Positions 12,380-24,300 of a stretch of DNA of 64,000 nucleotides are shown piece after piece. The stretch lies in contig NC_087250.1 of the NCBI RefSeq assembly GCF_037042905.1, positions 24,926,001 to 24,990,000 on the forward strand, written 5' to 3'. The notes beneath the pieces were generated by a model. The model was not told the DNA's origin. It was given only the letters and a program-made list of their open reading frames with translations, and did not search any database. The stretch's first letter is position 1. Every line of letters begins with the position of its first letter. The translations under genes were made by a program, and so were the position numbers. This DNA is from Lytechinus pictus. Its lineage: Eukaryota.

Positions 12380-15300
12380 ATAATTTTGAGAAGTTGATTG
12401 AAAATGATGTCGTCACACGTCCAACCGAGTCAAAAAGGATATTAAATGAAAAAAATTAGATATCTATTTTTAAGGAACACAATGAGCCCCCTTGAACGAA
12501 AAAAAAATCTAACCGTGTTAACCGATAGAAATTTACCTAATGAAGTATGCCTCTTCAGAGAGAGTTGGGCTTTCCGGTCCATCTAAAACCAAGAGAAAAT
12601 GACGAGAGAGTTTGACATAAAACGAACATTCCTCTGTTTTCTGTTTACAATGAGAATACACTTTTACTTTATCATTTGAAAATAATCATCGGCATTAACA
12701 GATCATGAAGTGTATATTTAATGCCAACGATAGTGTCAAAGAATGTGTAATGTACATGATGTGCACTATGTTATAGTGGTATATTGAATACCGTTCATCT
12801 TAGTGCATGGAAATAAATGACATCTCAAAGTAAAACGGTGGTTTCGGATAGGTAATTACAACGGCAATACGTTTATCCATTTTTTCAGTGATTGAAATAA
12901 GAAACATAACATTTTGTTTTAATATCATTTGAAATATAAAACCTGAAATTCTACCTGAATATTTAATGACAAAGGCAATAGATCGTGATATCCCAAGCTT
13001 CCCAGCCTGTGTTATCGTTATGGTTATCACTGCAAAGTTTACATCGTCTTCAATGGACGGTACGTAAAGCGATATACATTGGCTCATCTGTGCTTGAAGA
13101 TCCCTAAGAGAAACAATCTGTTTGGGGAAAAAGAACGGCACCAGAATAGTGAAATGCATAAACTGCCAAGATCCCCCCCCCCCTCAAAAAAGGCATTCTT
13201 TAACTTGCTTCAGAATTAGTTTTTTGCTAACAAACAGTCGGATTGCAAAGAAAACCCATAAAAGATGTTATAAAGCTCGATTACCTGGCATTCAACTTCT
13301 ACACCCTCACGATGGCATGTGATTGTGACGTCACCAGACCTTGTTTCAAAGCTGAATGGAACCGGGCGATGGCATCTATGGCACGACTGTTGCCTCGACT
13401 CCTCTTGTATAACCTACAAGGATTGTAATATTCTATTTTTATTTATATCATTTTGTCCGCCAATATACAGTTACAGATCTGAAAAGTCTTTATTTCATGC
13501 AATCTTTCGACAAATTTATATAAGTATTTCAGTGATGCAATTTTTCTAATCAATATAATCAATTGAAATCCAAGAAATACTGTTCTGCCTGCAAATATTC
13601 GTATCATAAATAAATAAATAATAATGTCATACCAAATGTGAACTTGAACCACAGATTGGTAAAAGAATCATAACGTTTTCAAAGCAGCTGTGAAATGGTA
13701 AACATGGTAAATGACCGAGAAGTATTCTGGAGCGATGTTGTTTATACGTACCGCTTCGTTTCCAGGAACGCCGTTATACAACTGAAGATTAACTGCAAAC
13801 TCTTGTCCTCTTTCGATCCTATATGGGATGTATGGAGAACACATAACTTGCTGTCTGATCACCTGTTGTTCAAGAGGAATCAGAATCCACCACTCCGCAC
13901 AGCGATCAATGTACAGCTCAAGGTATTTCTTATACAGTCTGCAGTACGGTGGCTTCTCTGGTGAGATGGATGAATGCTTCCTGGAAGTTCTTGGTAGATC
14001 TTGTTTTACCAGTACCCAGAATAGAAAGATCAGTTAAAATGGAATGAATTATGTCAGAACATTCAAGATCGTAAACATTGTCAGAAAAAAGTTATAAAAG
14101 AAAAGGTATCAGTAAACACACTCAGTAATGTTAACGAGACAATAGCTGCTGTACTGATAGCATGCATGATTGCAATGCTTGTAGTAATGCTTCTGCTTGT
14201 AATGATGATCGAAGAATGTGAAATAAGACATTTCTTATACATTACAGCTTAGCGCCAAAGTCATTTCAAGAAGTAAAAAACACAATCATGTATAATTTGT
14301 ACGTGTATACTGTTTGACTCCCATTCTTTATGGACTTACCCTTATTTGAGTCCCACACTCGGCAAACGATGTCTGGTTTCACTTGCTCTGGATTGACGAC
14401 CAAGGAAGAGTGTGGTATAGTGATCTTAACAGGTTGGTTGAAGATCAAGGTTTGAGGGTCACATCTGATTCCATAGCAAGCCATTGATTCACTTTCTGAG
14501 CTATCAACACCCGGATTGTCTCTTATGATGGTTAGTATGATCTGACAAAAGTCAGCATGTAAAATGGCTCCTGTGGGAATGTACATCAATATCCCATGGT
14601 CTTCTAACTTGATTTCCTGACTGGTATTACTTTTGACTTCTGCAGAAACCTTGACAGGCGTGGATGGCCTAATAATGATTTCTGAAGGGACATAAGGTGA
14701 ATTTCTCCATGATACATACAATGCATTGAATGAAACATGAATCATGCAATTTCACTACATGTATCAAAAATTGGATTATACCTACTTTGTGATCTTGGTT
14801 AAAGAGAAGCCTACGTGTGAGTAGGAACAGTGGTCATTGGTGGCAACTACCAAACCATTGCTGGAAGGATATTTTTTTCTTAATTACCCTGATTGTAAGT
14901 TACGTTCCAATTAACATGATTAAAAGTTAAGAATTCTAAATAAATGATAATTTGTTTTCAGAAGTGACAATAAGGTGAACGATTCATGTTATGTTTCTTA
15001 CCTCTATTAGACAGTACATCATCCAATGAAGGTGATCTGGAAGTAATCACAAAGCAAATTAACTATATTTGAAGTCCTTTTTTAGTAATATATATGCCAT
15101 CTTTTCTGTACCAGGTATGAAATGAAAACATTGGTATATCTACTGTGTCTCGGAGGTGAAGTAGAAATGACTGTTCTTGTTTGCACACTGAACTGCTCAT
15201 TTGCACTCTAATAATAATGATAATAATAATAATATACAGTTCTTGTATAGCGCATATCACATTATGAATAATGTCTCTATGGCAGCGCTTCCAAAGGACT

Positions 15301-18300
15301 TGGATATTATTACCACAGCTGTAGCTTGGCGGCCGTAAGTACTCAGATTACAGCGCACACGCATTTCAAGGAATAAATTCCTGCCATGTACACATTCACC
15401 TCACCTGGGTTGAGTGCAGCACAATGTGGATGAATTACTTGCTGAAGGAAACTACACCATGGCTGGGATTTGAACCCACGATCCTCTGTTTCAAAGTCCG
15501 GAGACTAATCCACTGGGCCACACCGCTCCACTAACCACCCTAAATGATGCAAGGTGCACTTCCCCAAAAGAATGTAATTCTTCTCCCACTAATTTTACCA
15601 TTGATAGTGCATAAATTAGCAGCAACCTCGAGCGTTGGTAACTTTACCCCTTGTCAGTTTCTTAGTTAGTGCACAGCATGGTAAATATTTTGTTTAGTAC
15701 TGTCCATCAAGCTTATTCCCAACTTTTTCATTTACCAACAGTAGTTGAAACAATCACCTTGACAATATCATCTGCCTAACTAGTTCATCCTTGGCATAGT
15801 GGATCGGGAGGTTGCCTGTCTCGTCCTTTACATCTAGCTTGGCGCCATTCTCAAGTAGATAAAACACCAACGACTCATTTGGAGATAACCCGCCATTGTA
15901 GTACTCGTCGGAAATCTGAAACAGAGAACAGCTTTCATTATTTACTTGAAAAGTACAACCTACTTTTACATGGGAATATTTTGTTTCAATAAATGATTAC
16001 GCTAGCCAATACGAATACATTTGTAGTGTCCCCTACAATCACTCAATTGGTTAGCTACATATACATATTATAATAATGTTAATATTCTGGGTCGTAAGTC
16101 TATAGACGCCCGTCGCTGTAATGAAATGATAAAATGTTTCAAAGCAATTAGTTTGTTCCATGGAAATGCATATATTAACGTTAATGAAGGGATATTTTTC
16201 AGCAGAATGATCTTCTATCATTAAGAGAATTTAATTCAAAGCTACATGGTGAGTTGTAACCTTTGATATCTGGATTAAGAAGAGCTTTAGCCAGTTTTAC
16301 AACCTATATTTTGATCATTTATGATGTCTTCTAGAACACTTGTATAAGTCCTATCATATTGCTAACAATGTTATGGAGCCCCGTTCCTTTGAATAAATCA
16401 CCTCTCTGAGTGTATCAGTGTTTTGAACTATCACGTTGTTCTTGTAGCATAATCTGATAGCTTTATGAAGACAGGTCTGGCCGTCAGAAGACTGCAAATT
16501 GAGATCACATCCATTGGATATTAACTTTTCGATGATAGCTGTATGGCCGTGTATTATAGCAAGATGGATGGGTGCTGTATCGTCCTGGATGGAAAGACAA
16601 ATAATCTCCGTATAACTAAAGCAAAAATATTTTTGCGGGCTAATTTTCCATTGTCACTGCCCTGCCTACAGCTTTAACATTAATAAGCGTTAACATAGTG
16701 ATGAATGGGCATTTCCAGTGCTCCATTTTTAGTTTACATGGCATTTCTGATCATTTTGAAGGCTAAATACTAAGATAATCGTGTCTAGCCCATGTGTTAT
16801 TTGTCCCGGCTCCTTTTGAAACTTAGCATCTTTGTCTTAAATGATGGTGGGTAAGTTATAATCTACAAAATAAAAAACACAATCCTTTATCGAATGTACA
16901 TTACAGAAATAGTCCGAATATAAATATAGAAATAGAACAATAAAGGAAAATTAAAGTACAGTTCCTTCCAAGAAAATTAAGTACCTTGGTATTCAACTTG
17001 TTTCGTGTTGCCTTATTCACCTCAGCTCCATCGCTGAGCAGATAGTCGGTGATATCAAGATGACCATGCATAACCGCAATGTGTAATGCAGTTGAACCAG
17101 TACCATCTCCTTTATTCACCTCAGCTCCTTTGCTAATCAGGTATTTAGTGATGTCAAGATGACTATTCTGTACAGCATTGTGTAATAGAGTCAGACCATC
17201 TTCTCTCGCTGCGTTCACTTCAGTGCCTTGACTAATGAAGTATGAAATGATATCAAGATGACCCTTCTCTGCAGCGCTGTGACATACAATATTAACGTCA
17301 GCTCCATTGCTGATCAGATACTCCGTAACATCATAATGATGATGTTTAACTGCACAGTGCAAGGCGGTTAGTCCACCTATCCCAAACTTGTTCACCTCAG
17401 CGCCTTTACTTATAAGATGTTTAGTAACATCAAGATGGCCACCCTCAGCAGCGATGTGTAAAGCTGTCCATCCACCATCATTTCCCTTATTGACCTGAGC
17501 TCCTTCATTTATTAGATATTTGGTGATATCGAGATGGCAATCCTTAGAAGCAAGGTGTAGTGCAGTTGAGCCATTATTAGTGTTATTATTCACCTCAGCT
17601 CCTTGACTAATCAAATATTTAGTGATGCCGAGATGACCATTCTGTACAGCACTGTGTAATAGAGTCCGACCATCTTCTCTTGCTGTGTTCACTTCAGCTC
17701 CTTGACTAATGAAGTAAGTAATGACATCAAGATGTCCCTTCTCAGCAGCAGTGTGACATACAATATTAATGTCAGCTCCTTGACTCATCAGATACTTGAG
17801 TACATCAACGTGACGATTGTTAGCAGCAATGTGTAATGCAATCAAACCATCATTATCTCTTTTATTTACCTCAGCCCCTTGACTGATCAGATACTTGATG
17901 ACGTCGACGTGACCATTTCTAGCAGCACTGTGTAATGCAATCAAACCATCATTATCTCTTTTATTTACCTCAGCCCCTTGACTGATCAGATACTCGCTGA
18001 CGTCGACGTGACCATTTTTAGCAGCACTGTGTAATGCAGTCCGACCATCTTCTCTTGCTGAATTTACTTCAGCTCCTTGACTTATGAAGTAAGTAATGAC
18101 ATCAAGATGGCCCTTCTCTGCAGCAGTATGACAAACATAATTAACGTCAGCTCCTTTGCTGATCAGATACCCCGCGGTATCTTGATGATGATATTTAGCT
18201 GCACAGTGTAAGGCGGTGAGCCCGTCTATTCCAAACCTGTTCACCTCTGCTCCTTTGCTGATCAGGTATTTAGTAATATCAAGATGACCATTCTGTACAG

Positions 18301-21300
18301 CGGTGTGTAATACAGTCCGACCATCATTATCACCTTTATTAACCTCAGCTCCATGACTGATCAGATATTTGATGACGTCAATAAGACCTTTGTCAACAGC
18401 TCTGTGTAATGCTGTAATTCCCTCATTATCCTCCTTATTTACCTCAGCCCCTTCACTGATCAGATACTTGGCGACGTCAACATGACCTTTGTAAGCAGCA
18501 CTGTGTAATGCAGTCCAACCATCATCTCTTCCCTTATTAACCTCAGCCCCTTGACTGATCAGATACTTGATGACGTCAACATGACCATTGTAAGCAGCAC
18601 TGTGTAATGCAGTCCAACCATCATCTCTTCCCTTATTAACCTCAGCCCCTTGACTGATCAGATACTTGATGACGTCAACATGACCATTGTAAGCAGCACT
18701 GTGTAATGCAGTCCAACCATCATCTCTTCCCTTATTAACCTCAGCTCCTTGACTGATCAGATACTTGATGACGTCAACATGACCATTGTCAGCAGCACTG
18801 TGTAATGCAGTCCAACCATTATTAGCTCCCTTTTTAACCTCAGCCCCTTGACTGATCAGATACTTGATGACGTCAACATGACCATTGTAAGCAGCATTGT
18901 ACAATGCAGTCTGACCATCATTAGCTCCCTTATTAACCTCAGCTCCTTGACTGATCAGATACTTGATGACGTCAACATGACCTTTGTAAGCAGCACTGTG
19001 TAATGCAGTCCAACCATCATCTTTTCCCTTATTAACCTCAGCTCCTTGACTGATCAGATACTTGATGACGTCAACATGACCATTGTCAGCAGCACTGTGT
19101 AATGCAGTCCAACCATCATCTTTTCCCTTATTAGCCTCAGCTCCTTGACTGATCAGATACTTGATGACGTCAACATGACCATTGTCAGCAGCACTGTGTA
19201 ATGCAGTCCAACCATTATTAGCTCCCTTTTTAACCTCAGCCCCTTGACTGATCAGATACTTGATGACGTCAACATGACCATTGTAAGCAGCATTGTACAA
19301 TGCAGTCTGACCATCATTAGCTCCCTTATTAACCTCAGCTCCTTGACTGATCAGATACTTGATGACGTCAACATGACCTTTGTAAGCAGCACTGTGTAAT
19401 GCAGTCCAACCATCATCTTTTCCCTTATTAACCTCAGCTCCTTGACTGATCAGATACTTGATGACGTCAACATGACCTTTGTAAGCAGCACTGTGTAATG
19501 CAGTCCAACCATTATTAGCTCCCTTATTAACCTCAGCCCCTTGACTGATCAGATACTTGATGACGTCAACATGACCATTGTCAGCAGCACTGTGTAATGC
19601 AGTCCAACCATTATTAGCTCCCTTATTAACCTCAGCTCCTTGACTGATCAGATACTTGATGACGTCAACATGACCTTTGTAAGCAGCACTGTGTAATGCA
19701 GTCCAACCATCATCTTTTCCCTTATTAACCTCAGCTCCTTGACTGATCAGATACTTGATGACGTCAACATGACCATTGTAAGCAGCATTGTGTAATGCAG
19801 TCCAACCATTATTATCTCTCTTATTTACCTCAGCTCCTTGACTGATCAGATATTTGGTGACGTCAACATGACCATTCTTAGCAGCACTGTGTAATGCAGT
19901 CCAACCATTATTATATCCCTTATTAACCTCAGCTCCTTGACTGATCAGATACTTGATGACGTCAACATAACCATTCTTAGCAGCACTGTGTAATGCAGTC
20001 CAACCATTATTATCTCCCTTATTAACCTCAGCTCCTTGACTGATCAGATACTTGATGACGTCAACATGACCATTGTCAGCAGCACTGTGTAATGCAGTCC
20101 AACCATTATTAGCTCCCTTATTAACCTCAGCCCCTTGACTGATCAGATACTTGATGACGTCAACATGACCATTGTCAGCAGCACTGTGTAATGCAGTCCA
20201 ACCATTATTAGCTCCCTTATTAACCTCAGCTCCTTGACTGATCAGATACTTGATGACGTCAACATGACCTTTGTAAGCAGCACTGTGTAATGCAGTCCAA
20301 CCATCATCTTTTCCCTTATTAACCTCAGCTCCTTGACTGATCAGATACTTGATGACGTCAACATGACCATTGTCAGCAGCACTGTGTAATGCAGTCCAAC
20401 CATCATCTTTTCCCTTATTAACCTCAGCTCCTTGACTGATCAGATACTTGATGACGTCAACATGACCATTGTCAGCAGCACTGTGTAATGCAGTCCAACC
20501 ATTATTAGCTCCCTTTTTAACCTCAGCCCCTTGACTGATCAGATACTTGATGACGTCAACATGACCATTGTAAGCAGCATTGTACAATGCAGTCTGACCA
20601 TCATTAGCTCCCTTATTAACCTCAGCTCCTTGACTGATCAGATACTTGATGACGTCAACATGACCTTTGTAAGCAGCACTGTGTAATGCAGTCCAACCAT
20701 CATCTTTTCCCTTATTAACCTCAGCTCCTTGACTGATCAGATACTTGATGACGTCAACATGACCTTTGTAAGCAGCACTGTGTAATGCAGTCCAACCATT
20801 ATTAGCTCCCTTATTAACCTCAGCCCCTTGACTGATCAGATACTTGATGACGTCAACATGACCATTGTCAGCAGCACTGTGTAATGCAGTCCAACCATTA
20901 TTAGCTCCCTTATTAACCTCTGCTCCTTGACTGATCAGATACTTGATGACGTCAACATGACCTTTGTAAGCAGCACTGTGTAATGCAGTCCAACCATCAT
21001 CTTTTCCCTTATTAACCTCAGCTCCTTGACTGATCAGATACTTGATGACGTCAACATGACCATTGTAAGCAGCATTGTGTAATGCAGTCCAACCATTATT
21101 ATCTCTCTTATTTACCTCAGCTCCTTGACTGATCAGATATTTGGTGACGTCAACATGACCATTCTTAGCAGCACTGTGTAATGCAGTCCAACCATTATTA
21201 TATCCCTTATTAACCTCAGCTCCTTGACTGATCAGATACTTGATGACGTCAACATTACCATTCTTAGCAGCACTGTGTAATGCAGTCCAACCATTATTAT

Positions 21301-24300
21301 CTCCCTTATTAACCTCAGCTCCTTGACTGATCAGATACTTGATGACGTCAACATGACCATTGCCAGCAGCACTGTGTAATGCAGTCTCACCATCATCTCT
21401 TCCCTTATTAACCTCAGCTCCTTGACTGATCAGATACTTGATGACGTCAACATTACCATTCTTAGCAGCACTGTGTAATGCAGTCCAACCATCATTATCT
21501 CCCTTATTAACCTCAGCTCCTTGACTGATCAGATATTTGATGACGTCAACATGACCATTCTTAGCAGCACTGTGTAATGCAGTCCAACCATTATTATCTC
21601 CCTTATTAACCTCAGCTCCTTGACTGATCAGATACTTGATGACGTCAACATGACCATTCTTAGCAGCACTGTGTAATGCAGTCTCACCATCATTATCTCT
21701 CTCATTTACCACAGCTCCTTGACTGATCAGATACTTGATGACGTCAACATGACCATTGTCAGCAGCACTGTGTAATGCAGTCCAACCATCATCTCTTCCC
21801 TTATTAACCTCAGCTCCTTGACTGATCAGATACTTGATGACGTCAACATGACCATTGTCAGCAGCACTGTGTAATGCAGTCTCACCATCATTATCTCTCT
21901 CATTAACCTCAGCTCCTTGACTGATCAGATACTTGATGACGTCAACATGACCATTCTTAGCAGCACTGTGTAATGCAGTCCAACCATCATTATCTTCCTT
22001 ATTAACCTCAGCTCCTTGACTGATCAGATACTTGATGACGTCAACATGACCATTGTAAGCAGCAATGTGTAATGCAGTCCAACCATCATCTCTTCCCTTA
22101 TTGACCTCAGCCCCTTGACTGATCAGATACTTGATGACGTCAACATGACCATTGTCAGCAGCACTGTGTAATGCAGTCCAACCATCATCTCTACCCTTAT
22201 TAACCTCAGCTCCTTGACTGATCAGATACTTGATGACGTCAACATGACCATTCTTAGCAGCACTGTGTAATGCAGTCCAACCATCATTATCTTCCTTATT
22301 AACCTCAGCTCCTTGACTGATCAGATACTTGATGACGTCAACATGACCATTGTCAGCAGCAATGTGTAATGCAGTCCAACCATCATCTCTTCCCTTATTA
22401 ACCTCAGCTCCTTGACTGATCAGATACTTGATGACGTCAACATGACCATTGTCAGCAGCACTGTGTAATGCAGTCTCACCATCATTATCTCTCTCATTTA
22501 CCTCAGCTCCTTGACTGATCAGATACTTGATGACGTCAACATGACCATCGTAAGCAGCACTGTGTAATGCGGTCCAACCATCATTATCTCCCTTATTAAC
22601 CTCAGCCCCTTGACTGATCAGATACTTGATGACGTCAACATGACCATTGTAAGCAGCAATGTGTAATGCAGTCCAACCATCATCTCTTCCCTTATTAACC
22701 TCAGCTCCTTGACTGATCAGATACTTGATGACGTCAACATGACCATCGTAAGCAGCACTGTGTAATGCGGTCCAACCATCATTATCTCCCTTATTAACCT
22801 CAGCCCCTTGACTGATCAGATACTTGATGACGTCAACATGACCATTGTAAGCAGCACTGTGTAATGCAGTCCAACCATCATTATCCTCCTTATTTACCTC
22901 AGCCCCTTGACTGATCAGATACTTGATGACGTCAACATGACCATTCTTAGCAGCACTGTGTAATGCAGTCCAACCATCATTATCTTCCTTATTAACCTCA
23001 GCTCCTTGACTGATCAGATACTTGATGACGTCAACATGACCATTGTAAGCAGCAATGTGTAATGCAGTCCAACCATCATCTCTTCCCTTATTGACCTCAG
23101 CCCCTTGACTGATCAGATACTTGATGACGTCAACATGACCATTGTCAGCAGCACTGTGTAATGCAGTCCAACCATCATCTCTACCCTTATTGACCTCAGC
23201 CCCTTGACTGATCAGATACTTGATGACGTCAACATGACCATTGTCAGCAGCACTGTGTAATGCAGTCCAACCATCATCTCTACCCTTATTAACCTCAGCT
23301 CCTTGACTGATCAGATACTTGGTAACATCAACATGACCATTCTTAGCAGCACTGTGTAATGCAGTCCAACCATCATTATCTCCCTTTTTAACCTCAGCTC
23401 CTTGACTGATCAGATACTTGATGACGTCAACATGACCATTGCCAGCAGCACTGTGTAATGCAGTCTCACCATCATCTCTTCCCTTATTAACCTCAGCTCC
23501 TTGACTGATCAGATACTTGATGACGTCAACATGACCATTGCCAGCAGCACTGTGTAATGCAGTCTCACCATCATTATTTCTCTCATTTACCTCAGCTCCT
23601 TGACTGATCAGATACTTGGTGACGTCAACATGACCATTGTAAGCAGCACTGTGTAATGCAGTCTCACCATCATTATCTCTCTCATTTACCTCAGCCCCTT
23701 GACTGATCAGATACTTGATGACGTCAACATGACCATTGTAAGCAGCAATGTGTAATGCAGTCCAACCATCATCTCTTCCCTTATTGACCTCAGCCCCTTG
23801 ACTGATCAGATACTTGATGACGTCAACATGACCATTGCCAGCAGCACTGTGTAATGCAGTCCAACCATCATCTCTACCCTTATTAACCTCAGCTCCTTGA
23901 CTGATCAGATACTTGGTAACATCAACATGACCCTTCTTAGCAGCACTGTGTAATGCAGTCCAACCATAATTATCTCCCTTTTTAACCTCAGCTCCTTGAC
24001 TGATCAGATACTTGATGACGTCAACATGACCATTGCCAGCAGCACTGTGTAATGCAGTCTCACCATCATCTCTTCCCTTATTAACCTCAGCTCCTTGACT
24101 GATCAGATACTTGATGACGTCAACATGACCATTGCCAGCAGCACTGTGTAATGCAGTCTCACCATCATTATCTCTCTCATTTACCTCAGCTCCTTGACTG
24201 ATCAGATACTTGATGACGTCAACATGACCATTCTTAGCAGCACTGTGTAATGCAGTCCAACCATCATTATCTCCCTTTTTAACCTCAGCTCCTTGACTGA

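Noticed and set aside
16901..16984. Hydrophobic C-terminus of the 3418-aa ORF (TLIFLYCSISIFIFGLFL) as a membrane anchor
   Set aside because: It follows a phase-0 donor that joins cleanly to the next ankyrin exon. T-rich intron read-through commonly looks hydrophobic, and I saw no clear poly(A) signal nearby.
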